Below are positions 10,379 to 24,136 of a stretch of 44,148 bases of DNA, one piece after another. The stretch is from Azolla caroliniana. Its lineage: Eukaryota > Plantae > Polypodiophyta. The DNA is taken from NCBI GenBank assembly GCA_043228905.1, contig JBHGNT010000255.1:1-44148 (forward strand), read 5' to 3'. How positions within the stretch are numbered: position 1 is the stretch's first letter; every line of letters starts with the position of its first letter. The notes beneath the pieces are model-generated. The model searched no databases. It saw nothing but the letters and a program-made list of their open reading frames with translations, and was not told where the DNA came from. Both the position numbers and the translations under genes were made by a program.

Positions 10379-10391
10379 GGCTCTAATACCA
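10379..10391 (-). other. Primer-binding site of Copia-A (tRNA-iMet type)
   Basis: The minus strand reads TGGTATTAGAGCC directly inside the LTR (canonical TGGTATCAGAGC). Confidence 0.85.
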
Positions 10392-10720
10392 TGTAAGAAA
10401 AGTTCAGAAGATAATGGGCTGGATTGACAACAAAGAACAAGAGAGAGTTTTCAAAGAATGAAGAACAAGGTAACATCTTATATTAAAACAGGTGTATTGC
10501 AATGTAAGAACCTACAGAAAACTCTAGATGTAGTACCACACACTGATCTAAACAATACTTTCATTCATATACATCTATATACAAAGAAGTAACAACTAGC
10601 CGTTACTTCTTTGTAACTATTGTTTTGTCTTTTTCCTTATTGTCTTTTGTAACTCATGTTTTGTCTTTATCCTCATAACGCATGTCTTATCATTTGTGGT
10701 GTAAACAAGTAATCTTAACA
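10392..10720 (-). mobile_element. 5' LTR of Copia-A
   Basis: TG...CA, 329 bp, and near-identical to 38291..38615. Flanked by the TSD ATCTG (10721..10725). Confidence 0.95.
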
Positions 10721-11648
10721 ATCTGAAGGTTTCACAACGGAGCTAAAAAATTTCATGAAGAGTTAAAAGCATCATTAAATTAATTCCGATCGAGACAGCG
10801 ACGATCCCTGCGAAGATCCAAGACATGCTTTGATTGACCAATCTGAGCACTGGCTTGTCACACAAACTGAAGACTTGCAAACATATAAAGGTGCTGAATA
10901 TGGGTCTTCCGTATGCGAAGAGCATGACAGCTAAGGTTATGGCTTGAATACCCGCTCGCAAGAATATGGACAGCCACATTTGATGGGAAATTGCTCGATC
11001 GGACTCTTCTAGTTCTGCATCCGTGTGCCTACAGAGCGAGAATGTACATGAAACCTGCAGGAGGAGGCATGATGGGAAAGATCTGCAGAGCATGGGTGTG
11101 GCCATGGCCAACACAGTCGATGATGAAGAGTGTGATATAGATGAGGAACTCGTAGTAAACAGAGGGTCTCTCCAATAGTTTTTGAGGATGCACCACCATC
11201 TCCACCATATTAGGAGCAAGTCTAAGATAATGGAAGTAGCTACAAAATGGTTATGGCCGCTATGAGGAGCAATAGAGTAGAGCACACATAGTGCACACAC
11301 CGTCTCGCCACTCATCATCATCATCATCGTTTATCGCATGGCTTAATGCGAACTTATGAACCCCGAAAACCAATACAAGCATCATCACGCTCACGAAAGA
11401 ATCCTTGTACCCATCCAAGGCGAACGAGATGAAGCTCATTCCCACATGTTGGCCCCCGTTTCCTTCTTCGGTGACACCTTGAACATCACCCACCTCTTCA
11501 TTCTCAACAACTTCAATATCTACAATATCATGGGTCATCCCTGTTCGTTGACTTGGAGATATGGCGGGGTTGACATTTTGAGTAGTGTCGTAAAACTTGA
11601 CATCGTCGTCATCGGAGCATCGGATTTGCACACTCACATTCTCCTTAC
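10721..11648 (-). pseudogene. Pseudogenised paralogue of the 14823..16195 membrane-protein gene (5' part; frameshifted, internally deleted, interrupted by Copia-A)
   Basis: RHTDAELEESDRAISHQMWLSIFLRAGIQAI..RLVNQSM..GINLMML matches the + strand gene. It has the same cag|GTAAGGAG exon start. Confidence 0.88.
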
Positions 11649-11850
11649 CTGCACAATAAATAAGAAACTCGAATAAAATTCGTGTAACTGTCTCTCAATT
11701 TGCTAGCTAAGTCTTTCTACTCTAGTTGTATGCAACATCTTATAGAATGTAGGGTTTTCATTAATAGTAGATGTCAATATGTTCTATTCATGATCTTCTA
11801 GCAACAACCATCCATTGTCTAAGAATGAAACCATGCAATTTCGATCCCCA

Positions 11851-11852
<2 letters not shown>

Positions 11853-11890
<38 letters not shown>
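11853..11890. repeat. (TG)n microsatellite
   Basis: Direct reading. Confidence 0.95.
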
Positions 11891-11892
<2 letters not shown>

Positions 11893-11896
11893 AAAC

Positions 11897-12106
11897 GGCT
11901 CTCTAACCAATCGGCATCGAAGAGTGTCTATACAAGTTACAACCATGTCTCACACAGTAATCATGACAAAATCTGCATCGTTCCATTATCATAGAATGGA
12001 TGGCTCTCTAACCAATCGGCATCGAAGAGTGTCTATACAAGTTACAACCATGTCTCACACAGTAATCATGACAAAATCTGCATCGTTCCATTATCATAGA
12101 ATGGAT
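11897..12106. repeat. 105-bp tandem duplication x2
   Basis: ggctctctaaccaatcgg...atagaatggat at 11897..12001 and 12002..12106. Confidence 0.92.
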
Positions 12107-13199
12107 GGTTATTGCCTAGATCATCATTGTGTCCTCAATTTTTTTCTGCTTTTGAAATAATGACACAATACATGTGGAATTCTAGGCTTTAAGTACTTTG
12201 TAGAATGGCTTAGGACATATTTGTAGTTAGGAGTGATGTTTTTTTTACATGGGCACAAGCGAAAGGAAAGATGGGATAAGTAATGAAGAAAAAGAAAAAT
12301 CTAAGTATATGTGAGACACCATGACAAGAATAGAAGAAGGTATGTGAACTCCCCCCATGACAAAAATTGGGGACTACCGGGCCGATGGAAGTAGTGCTTG
12401 GGTAGCTATGGCAAGTAGTGGTTTCTTAGCTAAGTGGAAGTCTGTTTTCTACGTTTAAGGTGTCTTTCGTTTCTTCTCAGCAAGACAAATGTATAGAAAT
12501 TTATTTCACTCAAATCAAAGCTCTAATGAGGTAGATGTAGTAAGCCTTGCAAGATTGGCAGTTGTTGAAGAAGGCATCTCAGTTTTGTAATAGTTCCTTG
12601 GTCAATTGGTGTTATAATCTCTTCGTGGTTGTCCCCTTGGAATCTTTGATCCATATTCTATTTTTCTTAAATGTTATCTAGAATTTTTATATCAAAAAGA
12701 ATTCATTTGTTCTTCAACTCTACTTCTTGCATTGTTTGTTCCGTGGATAGTTACCACATTCTTCTTATCTATATATCTTCTTGCGTATGATTACCCTTTG
12801 CCCCGTCACATTCTTACATCTATATCCCTTTCAAATTCCTATGGCATAATTAAATCAAAGACCTCAATGGAACTATCAACTTCCATGGGCCCTTTCTTGA
12901 ATATAAAAATAACATGTTAATGTACCGTATTAAGGTTCAACATCCCTGTATAAGTTGTTTTTGTATGTACAAGTTTTGGTGTACATACATTGTCTTTTAC
13001 TCTACGTTGTAAGCCTATGGGCAGATAACTTTTACTTGTAGTCTTTCAATGTTTTTAATACTATTGAAGAAAATCTTTCAACGAAAAAAAAAATCCTATG
13101 TCATAATTTTAAGAGCTTTTCAATTGGAGTTTTACTCCATCAATCTAATCTACTATTTTCCTTGTTTATAATTGAGTGTTTGTGTTTAAATATTTTGCA

Positions 13200-13555
13200 A
13201 CGCGGTGACCCCCTATACTCTCATCACCACCCCTCATTCAATCATGAATACCATACCATCTAGTATTCATGATGACCCTTCATTGTCCTCATCCTTGATC
13301 TTCCTATATGACACAATGTGACCACAAATTCTCCCCACATTAATTTTAACAATTTTATACCTCTTTCTTTCGTTTGCAAGTTTTCGATTGTCGTAGTGGT
13401 ACTGTCAACATTGGCCAACTCTTGATCATTCTCCTCGTCATCCTCATCATCGGCCGTCTCAGTTCGTTGACTTGGAGACTCATCCTCCTCATCATCATCA
13501 TCATCATCATCATCACCATCAAAAACTCCAATCTGCATGTTCATAGTCCCCTTAC
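13200..13555 (-). pseudogene. Truncated 5' fragment of the same membrane-protein gene family (acidic N-terminus)
   Basis: It has a tag|GTAAGGGG exon start and the SPSQRT motif shared with the 11260..11637 and 14834..16195 translations. Related copies lie at 13820..14120 (+) and 28390..28660 (-). Confidence 0.6.
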
Positions 13556-13819
13556 CTACAAAATAAAGAAGAAAATAGACTAGAATTCTTAGAATTTTCT
13601 CGATGCTATCTAAATCTTTCTATTCTAGCTACCTGCAGCTTCTAGGATGGAGGGTCATCGTCATCATCACTACTACATGATATGTGGTATTAATGATTTT
13701 CTGGCAATAACCATCCATTGTATGACAATGCACACTAATTGTGACAAAACTTGCTTCGTTGCATTATGTTACGATGGATGATCATTGCGTTGTACTTGGC
13801 ATAATGGTTTAGGACATAT

Positions 13820-14120
13820 CCCCACCATATCTCCAAGTGAGCAAACAGAGATGAACGATGACGAGGATGACGAGGAGAATCAACAAGAGTTGGGCAATGT
13901 CTACACTACCACAACGATGAGGAGGATGAACTTGCCAACGGAAGAATTAGGTGTACAATTGTTAAAATTAATGTGGGGAGAATGTGTGGAGGCATAGTGC
14001 CATATAAGGTCATCATTAATGCTAGAGGAGGGTTATCATGAATACTTAGAGATGGTATGGTATTCATGATTGAATGAGGGGTGGTGATGAGAGAGTATAG
14101 GGGGTCACCGCATTTCAAAA
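13820..14120 (+). pseudogene. Inverted copy of the 13200..13480 gene fragment
   Basis: PTISPSEQTEMNDDEDDEENQQELGNV..LLKLMWGE matches the minus-strand ORF 13260..13544. Confidence 0.65.
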
Positions 14121-14822
14121 TATTGAAACACCACCACTCTGATTAGAAGCAAGGAAAATAGTATAGATGGACGAAGGAGTAAAATTAATCGAAAAACACC
14201 TTAAACATAGAAAACAGACTTTCCATAGATTTATGTCATGAGGAGGAGTTTCATATACCTTCCTCTATTCCTGTCATGGTGTCTCACGTACACTTAGATT
14301 TTTCTTTGTCTTTATTACTTATCCCTTTGTTCTCTTCGTTTGTGCCCATCCAAAAAAAAACATCATTACTAATTAAAGATATGGCCTAAACCAAGCAAGA
14401 AAAAACATCACTCCTAATTACAAATACGGCCTAAACTATTATGCCGAGTACTTAAAGCCCACAATTCTACACCTATTGTGTCATTATTTTAAAAGAAAAA
14501 ACCGAGGACATGATGATGACCCAATAATAACCATCCATTGTGCGATAATGGTACGATGCAGATATGGTCATGATTAGTGTGTGAGAAATGGTTATAGACA
14601 CCCTCTGATGATGCCAATTGCTTAGAGCCATTTCTCACACAGTAATGGGGACAAAATTTGCATGGTTGCATTGTCATACAATGGATGGTTATTGTTGGAG
14701 GATCATGAGGAAGATGCTGGCATATACCATCCTATAAGAAGATGTTGCAGCAGATAGCTAGAATAGACACATTTAGCTAGCAAATTGAGAAAGTTCCAAG
14801 AATTCTCCTCTTTATTTTGCAG

Positions 14823-16195
14823 GTAAGGAGTCGGTGGACGTGCATATCAGACGCTCTGATGGAGACGATGTCACCTTCTCCCACACTACGCCAAATGACA
14901 ACCCCACCATATCTCCAAGTAGACGACCATCAACGAGATATGATCGACATGTTAAAGATGAAGAGTTTGGTAATGGCATTGAAGGTGTCGCGGACGAGGA
15001 TTTGGGCACAAGGCCGGAAGAGCCCGAACATGTGGAATCCCGAAGGAAATGTTTCTTCTCGTTCGTGTTCAATGAAAACAAGGGTTCTCTCATGAATGCG
15101 ATGATCATAATGGTTCTCGGGGCGTACAAGGTCAAATTAGGCCATGAAATGAAGGATGAGGAGGAGTTGCGAGACGGTGCTTACACTATTTGTGCTGTAA
15201 TGCTATTCATCACCGCCATTTCCATGATTAGCTACTGCGATTATCTTAACCCTGTTCCCAATATTGTTGTCATGGAGATGGTGAAGCGTGCCCAGAAAAT
15301 TGTGCAGATCCCTGCCTTTTACTGCGAGCTCTTCATGTATATCCCACTCATCATCATCCACTCTACTGTGAAGGATTTCAAGAACCTTCCCATCATGCCT
15401 CCTGCAGGTTTCATGTACATTCCCGCTCTGAATGTGATCGCCATTCGAAGTTTGAGAGCTGCTGCCTCTGAGACCATGGCTTCTACAGCAGAACAACATC
15501 AAGAAGAAGTGCTGCCGAACCGATTATCAGAAGCTAACATGAAACTAAGAAATGTTGCTCTTTTTCAGCTAAACATATATCTGGTTACTCGCAGTATGAA
15601 TCTCATAGTTGCCATTAGTGGCTCCAATTCCTTGCCATTTACTCCCGGCCTACTGCTATGGATAGACTTTACCTTGCTGCCCGCCTCGGCCATAGCCATT
15701 TATATTGGAAGGCACACGACTGCGGAACTAGAAGAGGCCAATCGAGCAATTTCCTGTCAAATGTGCCTGTCTATATTCCTGCGAGCGGGTATTCAAGCCA
15801 TAGCCTTGGCTGTCATGCATTTCCTATTCAAACGACCCATCTTCAGCGCCTTTATATTTTTCCAAATCTTCAGTTTGATTGACAAGTCAGTGCTCCGATT
15901 GGTCAATCAAAGCATGTATTGCTTCTTTGCAGGGATAGTGGGTGTCTCCATCGGAATTAATTTAATGATGCTTAAATTCTTCATGAATTTTTTTACTTCC
16001 ACTGTGGAGGAGCCTTCAGATTTGCGGCATTTGGCGATTTCTGTAGGGGTTGGCTGCCTTGCGATGTTGGTCAACTGCGTCCCGCTGCCCGAATGTGTGG
16101 TGAGGACGCGTCCGATCGATGAGGAATTAGGAGCCCGAGATCGAGACAATTCATTAGAACTAGGGAGTCTCGATTCGTTCATGTTGGGTGTGTAA
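14823..16195 (+). CDS. Uncharacterised multi-pass membrane protein (long terminal exon; start codon probably in an upstream exon or at an internal ATG)
   Basis: Open frame of about 455 codons after a pyrimidine tract and AG (14821..14822). It has an acidic/charged N-terminus, then roughly 8-9 hydrophobic segments. Conserved with the paralogue at 10721..11648 + 38108..38290. No family recognised. Confidence 0.75.
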
Positions 16196-16816
16196 TACAA
16201 TTCGTCCGAGCTCCTTCCATAGAGAATCTCTCTCTCTCTCTCTCTTTCTTCGCGGAACGAGGAAACCATACACATTGATACATGTTAGAGCCCATCCCGT
16301 TATCTTCCATTCGAACCATTGCTTCCATGCGGCTTAGCTCACATGCATTGTGATGTGAGGCGGGACGTTGGGGCACAAGTGATGAGAGTGGCTAGCTATG
16401 AACACTTTACCCTAAACAAGTTTGAGAGTCTGAGTATCACACCTTGATACAATGCTCTGCCTTTGATAATATTTGACCATGCTTTTTACATCTCTTCGAC
16501 TGAGCCCAATCTTTCCAGGAATTTCTCCCACAACCATAATGTGCACTCTCGATTGCAACATTCATTGGTAAAGTTTTTGAACATCGAGAGTCACTACTCA
16601 CTTTCACACATCACGTGAAATGTAATGTTTTGGGTCTCATAGGTCATATTTGACCTCTAAAGACGATAATATAATCTATCTATCTATCTACCTATCTCTC
16701 GATGTAGGAGCATTTTCTTTTTTGCTCATGCCATTTCTCGCATTGGTATGTTGCATATTTTGATTTATTGATTCTTGTGCTTGTCTAGAACTAATGTGCA
16801 CAATTAGCTTCCTCAC

Positions 16817-16985
16817 TGTTGTAATAAACTAATTAGTAGGAATAAATAAATAAAAGGTGAAAATGTGAAAGGAATACGAAAAGGTGCACCCCACAAATAG
16901 GGTGCACCTATAACCACCACATTCTTTCTTGGTTGTCGGTTGCTTGTAGAGAGACAAAAACTAATCAATAGAAAGAAGTTTCTTC

Positions 16986-17016
<31 letters not shown>

Positions 17017-20000
17017 CGCCTCTTTCCATTTCTTAATTCCTACATGGTATCGAAGCGGTGAAGGAGTCCAACCCCACCAAGAATTTTTTCATCGTGACAA
17101 TAACGAATGTGTGTATTAAAGAAACAATCCGCCCTCTTGTTAGCCGCCCTACCCCCATCATGGCAACCATTTATAAGCACAAAATCCACATTAGCCAACA
17201 TTAGTGTTCCAACATTAGTGGCATCAATCTCACAAGAAAATTCGTAGGGCAATAAATCAACCCTCTTCATCTCACACCGCAGTTTATATCAAACATCCAA
17301 AATACAATACAAAATCTTACAATAAACCTAGATCAACATACCAACCTACTAACTCTAAATCTTATTCACGAACCTCCAAATTTAATGATTCACGAGATCA
17401 TAATAAATCTAGGTTCCTAAGATCCTTTTGTAAACATTGTCAAAGGAGTGAACATGAAACGAAAGATTGTTATAGGAATTCCAACAACAAAGGGAAAAGA
17501 ACATATAAAGAAGATCAATCTTACAATGCATCACATGATGACTACAATCAAAATAATAACATATGTCATAGTGACCAAAATTCCGATGAGGACAATGAAT
17601 ATTCCTTCATTGCCTTCATGGTCCTCACTTCATTTAACCACTCTTCCACTTGAATGTGGATTCTTGATACAGGTGCCACATGTCACCTTACCTCAAGAGT
17701 TGAATGGCTCAAAGACTATAAGCCCTTAGAACATCCTTTCACAGTGAGATTTGGGAACAATGGGGTTGAATATGCCCTTGGACATGGCACTGCCCATCTT
17801 GAACTTTCTAATGGGAGCTTCATTGAAGTCAATGAAGTTTATTATACACCTAACATAGCAAAAAACTTCATATCTACCAATAAAGTCACAAATGATAATA
17901 CATCACTCGAGTTCTACCACAAATATTGTATCATTCGTCACAAGACACCCTCTAGTTGTCCAAGACAATGATGTCTTTACCTTTTAGGCCACTGGGTGGT
18001 ACTTGCTGAAGAAGCACACCACATAGATGATTCAAACAAATCAAACTATGCGACCTTACTATGGCACTATCGATTAGGTCACCTAAACCATCAAACAATG
18101 GTTCACATGGCCCGACAACACATAGAACTTGGTTTTACTCCTCCGCGTAAATCAAAACTATCTGTTTGCAAAGGGTGTATCCTTGGAAAACTCTCTAACT
18201 TGCCATTTCCATCACATCCTACAACAACCACTAAACCCCTCCAACTAGTACACACGTATATATGTGGTCGTTTGTCTACCCCATCCCTATTTGGAAATCT
18301 ATATTTCCTAACATTTATCGATGACTTTACTTGTTTCAAAATGGTCACTTTTCTAAAGACAACATGTAATGATCAAGTCCTTGAGAAATTCAAATCCTAT
18401 CATAAACTTGTGACAAATCAACAATATTTACCCTTAAAGTACTCCAATCAGATAATGGTGGAGAATTCAAGTCCCAAAACTTCCAAACTTATTGCCAAAG
18501 CCATGGGATTGAACAACGATTTACCATCCCTTATACACCTCAACACAATTCAAGGGTTGAACGACGAAACCGGTTGTATATGGATGCCACTCGTTGCAAA
18601 CCTTCCCTGAACATATTGGGAAGAGGTTGTTTTAACTGCATGTTATATATTCAATAGAACATATAGTAGATCAATTAGGACAACTCGATTTTCTTTGTGA
18701 TTTGGAAAAAATCCAAATTATGAAAATCTAAGAATCTTTGGATGTCCATTATATGCACTAGTACCCTTAGACATTCGATCAAAATTAGGTAATCACGCAG
18801 TTCACACAATATTTGTTGGGTATGGTGAATCTCATGGCTATAAGGGTTATCGATTATATGACCCAAAATCAAAAAACTTTGTATTTAGTCAAGCGATATT
18901 TTATGAAGATAAACTAATATCTAATCCTCACCCACACCATGGATAAGAAAAGATACAAGATGCTACTACCATGTCCAACACCGAATCCAACAAAGAAGTA
19001 ATAGTATCGCCTACTAATTCTTGGCGGGCTCTGCCAACATCCTCGGAAATCGAAGAAGTCACAATTGACCATATGCCAATTAACCCTCCTCCATTAGTGC
19101 TCTCATCTTTAGAGGCCCGCCCACAAGTTTCACCTTCCACCAATGACTCTAACTTATCGCCTTTGGTAGCCAAAAAATCACAACAAATTGATGCACATGC
19201 CCCAAATTTAAACATTGTTTGTACCCAAACTAGAAAGAGCCTTAATAATCACCTAAATATTCATAAGGAAAAACCTTTAGATGGAACACAACTAACTCAC
19301 ATTGATTATTCATATTCCCATCCTAGCAAAAATCCCATTATTCCATTACGAAGATCCTCCCGCCTTAATGGCAAGGAGAAAGCCATTGGTGACAAGGATG
19401 CAAAAGTAATTAAAATAGGATGTAGAAATACTTCATGTACCACTAATACATAGTATGTAGAACATACAAATAGTTTTGACATTGCAAAATCACCTAATTC
19501 ACTTAGTCCTATATCTACTCCAAGCAAAGGTCGTACTATTCAAGACCTCTATGCTCACACCAACAAAATAGATGCCCTTGTTGCGAACCATAAATTTGAA
19601 ATTGAGTTTGCATTCTCGGCATTTGGTTCCCCCTCAATCACATCAAACGTTTCTAATGATCCTTAACTATCAATAAGGCATTGCAAAGTCTAGATCGTGT
19701 TGAATGGCAAGCCACCATGGAAAAAGAACTTGAATCTCTTGATGCCAACAAAACGTGGACTCTAGTATCACTCCCAATAGGACATTCACCTATCTCATGC
19801 AAATGGGTGTTGAAGAGGAAACTAAACCTTGGTGGTACCATTACAAGATACAAAGCTCGACTTGTGGCTCATGGTTTCTCTAAAATCGAAGGACTTGACT
19901 ATTTTGAGACATTTTCACCCATTCTTACATGGCATCGTTTCGACTCCTAATGGCTCTAGCCACCATTCTTGACATTGAGGTACATCGTTTGGATGTACAA

Positions 20001-21435
20001 ATGGCATTTCTCCATGGTGATTTACCAGAAGAAATCTACATGTCACAACCTCCTAGGTTGGAGTCACATTCTCAACCAAACTATGTTTCTCGACTACATC
20101 AATCACTTTATGGACTCAAACAATCTCCTAGATGGTTTCAAAAATTTAACAATTTCATGCTCTCACATGGCTACTCTAGATTGTTATCGGAACCAAATAT
20201 ATACATTAGACATTATCATACATCTAATCGGTTGTTAGTGGTGGCAATATATGCGGATGGCATTCCTATAGTTGGAACACCATCTAAAATTACTCAAGCA
20301 AATGTAGAACTTTCAAGAGCATTTTCTATAACAGATTTAGGTCCCTTATCTTATTTCCTAGGCATGCAAGTTACTCGTAATCGTAGTATGGGCACTTTGA
20401 CCATTCATCAAAATAAATTCATTAATGAAAATTTGAAATCATTCGGGATGCTAAACATTGAACCTTGTACTACTCCCTTGTCATTAACATGTAACTTAAG
20501 TGTATCAGATGGCCCAACTACAAAAAGAGATATTGATTTTATGAAGCAATTTCCTTTTAAACAATTAATAGGAAACCTTCGATATTTAGTTATAGGAACT
20601 TGTCCTAACATTTGCTTCGCAATTAATTATCTTTCACGCTTTATGCACAACCCCAGCCTTATGCACTGGAAATCACTTCAGAGAGTTATGTGATGTCTAA
20701 AATACACATTTAACTATGGATTAACATATAAACGATCCCAATCCAAAAGACCAATCAAATCACTTGTTGCTTGGTCAGATTCAGATTGGGGGGGGGGGGG
20801 GGGGGCGTTGATTCTCGAAGATCTACTGCTGGTTTCTCTTTTATAATAGCAAGAGAAACAATGACGTGGCAATCGAAAAAACAAGAATCTATGACACTCT
20901 CATCTATTGAAGCTGAATTTGTAGTAGTGGCATTGGCCAATAAAGAAGGACTATGGTTGCAAACAGTGTGAAAGGAACTCCAACTATGTGAACCACTTCA
21001 ATTGAAAATCTTTTGTGACAATATATCATGTATCTACTTGACGAAGAATCCAAAGCACTTAGAGAAAACAAAGCATGTGGATTTAAAATACCACTTTATA
21101 TGAGAGTTGGCCGAAGAAAACAAGCTTACCTTAGAGTTCACATCGACTAATCATATGTGGGTTGATTTCCTAACAAAGGCTCTCCTCCCTCTTGACAAAT
21201 TTCAAGCTTGTTGTGAAAATTAGGATTACAACCATTCACAACTAATTAGTTTATGGGAGGTTATTGTAATAAATTAGTAGGAACAAATAAATAAATAACT
21301 ATATTAAAGGTGAAAAGGTGAAAGAAATACGAAAAGGTGCACCCCACAAATAGGGTGCATTTATAACCACCACATTCTCTCTTAGTGGTCGGTTGGTTGT
21401 ACGGAGACAAAAACTAATCAATAGAAAGAAGTTTC

Positions 21436-21481
<46 letters not shown>

Positions 21482-21491
21482 AATTCCTACA
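16817..21491 (+). mobile_element. Copia-B LTR retrotransposon, degenerate (gag largely deleted)
   Basis: LTRs 16817..17044 and 21262..21491, PBS tggtatcgaagc 17045..17056, PPT gggagg about 21255, TSD ctcac/cgcac. Motifs: WILDTGATCH, LWHYRLGH, FIDDFT, YKARLVAHGF, LYGLKQSPR, DSRRST..WQSKKQ..LSSIEAE. Many stops and frameshifts. Confidence 0.93.
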
Positions 21492-24103
21492 CGCACAATA
21501 AAATGACATATTCTCACAATGTATAGTTGTGTGGGAAACTTAACTGAACGTGAAAGGCTTTGTCAAATAGAGTATTATGCCTAGCCATTGACCCCACATT
21601 TGGCTCTAACTCGACCAGATTATTCACTTATGGTTGAACAAAATAATTAGATGGTTTGTTTTGATTGTGAGTTATCGTTAAATGATGTAGTTTGTTTTCG
21701 ATTATAAATAAATAGTTTGGTTTGGTTCTACAAATAATGTTTATGAGTTTTTACTTAATAGTTTTTTCTTTCCTTAATGTTTCAATCTTTTAATCAATTT
21801 AATAGTTTAGTCAATGGATTTTATGCTTAGTAAAATTTTGTGGGTTTCTGTGTGTATATCAAAATATGTAATATACTCGAATGCATTGGCAAATAGTTTG
21901 TTTTCATACAAATGCGTTATGTTATTAAAACATTCTTATGTTTTTTTTTACACTTTTTACCTTAACTTTCTTACCTTAAATTTTTTTCAACCTTATACTA
22001 AATAATGAATAAGTATATTTGAACCTTTTCAATCAATGTACGCAAACATTTGTATGAGATAGAATATCAATAAACTTGACATACATACTTCTAAGTAGAG
22101 AACGTAGTAAATATGTTCGTGGAAGCATTCAAACGTTTGAAAACATTTGGAAACGAACATATTTACAAAGGGGAAAATGAGTGTTCCTTTTTATTTTTTA
22201 CTTTAATGTTAAGACTCTCTCTCTCTCTCTCTCTTCCTCCTCATGAATCTTCTTCTTCTGCTACTTCTTCCTATCAGAAATGGCCATGGATGCAGTGCTC
22301 CATGGCTTTTGGTACATCTCAGCCTCTTCAGTATATAATTCATGGAGAAGGCAAAGAAAGAAGCAGGCAGGGATGAATCAGAATCAGAAGAGAAGTAACG
22401 GAGGAGTGATAGTGAGCTCTGGGTAGTAGGCATGGCTCATAGCTCATAACACCTCCTGCCACTCTCTTTTTACCTCTCTATCACTCTTCCTCTCTCTTTC
22501 TAATGTTTAGTACTTTAATAATTCCTATGTATTGAAATTTGATGACATGTGATTCAATCAATACCATTCTTATATATCCAATCGAACATTGAGATGATTT
22601 GCCACACACATTTGATTGAATCATTCTCGAATGTGAACGCACGTATGATACGTATGGGTTCATTCTATGCTCATAAGCATAGATTGACAATGTGTGATAT
22701 TCGTGTTATTCGCCATTCACGATATTTACTAAGAAATGGACCAAAAAATATTATAAAACCATTTGTTTTTCAAAATAAATATATATATTGTGGTGTGCAT
22801 GTTTTCTTATGTACATTTCACAATATAATATAAATGACTTAATTCACGAAGAAATGATTGAATTCACCAATAATCAATTAATTCACTAATAATTAAATAA
22901 TTAGGGTTGGGGTTGCATTAGGGTTTCTACAAAACCGTATTAGGTTTGCAGATTGAGAGCATCGCAACATCCATCGCACAGAGGATCTAGAGGGACACAA
23001 AGATGCTGGGCATAAAGAGAAAATATGATCGAAGTTACGAGTTTCAATCGAAACCCTAAGATCATAGTAGTGTCGATTGCGAGCTCACAAGATGCATGTG
23101 CGGAGAGACAAAATGGTTGGTATTGTGGTCTAGGAAAGACATTAGAGCTCGAAACGTGATACACTTGGGAAGCTCAGATAGTTGTTTGTAATCCTAAATT
23201 GAAAATAATCGTTTGCTAAGATTCTGGAAAAATAACAAAACCTAAAATAATGCAATTAATCGATTCAATCACAAACCTCTATGATAGTAGTTGATTATAC
23301 AAGTATTCATTCATGCCTATATTTATTGATGCCACTACAAATGTAGGGATGTATGTATGTATTGTAGTTATGTTTGATCGTGTAGATATTAGCTAATTGT
23401 TCAACAATTAAGAGGAAGAGAAATGAAAGAAACATACTTGATGAATAGCAAGTTTTAAGGGAAATTTCGTGCTCATGCTCTGCTCCATGACGACACATAT
23501 ATGTGTATTAGCAAAGGAATTCTTTTAATGCCGGAAGCATCTTGTAAGTATCACTTGTTATGAAACAAACAAATAAATATATATAGTACAATTCGAATAA
23601 GTCAAAAATAAGTAGACCTGTTCAAACAATGTCCATGTCTTGACCAAAAGTCTTGGTCACGAGATGTTCTTTTTTTCAATATGGATACAGACTCAAAATT
23701 TAACACGGAAAGGCATCATTTTGGACACTTCCACACCAAAAAGAACCTCTTGAAAGTTGGAATAAAGACATAGAGATGTCCCAATAGAAGTCCCAAATTC
23801 ATATTCACACGTTTCGATCACATCCAAAGAACAAGAGAATGTGATATAAAGTTTGTTGATATGTGAGCTATATTTGTGTGACATATTGGTATAGTCTTTT
23901 TTGACATATTCGCATTCGTAGGGTCTCCATCATTTATTCACGTTCCTTTACTCTGATGCTAACTGACTGTATGTTCTCTTAGATTTGACGCTGATTAAAT
24001 CTGCAATTCCTTATTTCTGCTCTAATTAACTACATGTTTCCTCGATTAACACTCTACGCTTCCTTAATCACTTGTATATTTGGTCCATCCGATGCTAAAG
24101 CCA

Positions 24104-24106
<3 letters not shown>

Positions 24107-24134
<28 letters not shown>
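24107..24134. repeat. (TA)n microsatellite
   Basis: Direct reading. Confidence 0.9.

Positions 24135-24136
<2 letters not shown>

Noticed and set aside
12380-12960. Possible LINE ORF2 remnant
   Set aside because: The composition is suggestive, but I found no diagnostic motif.
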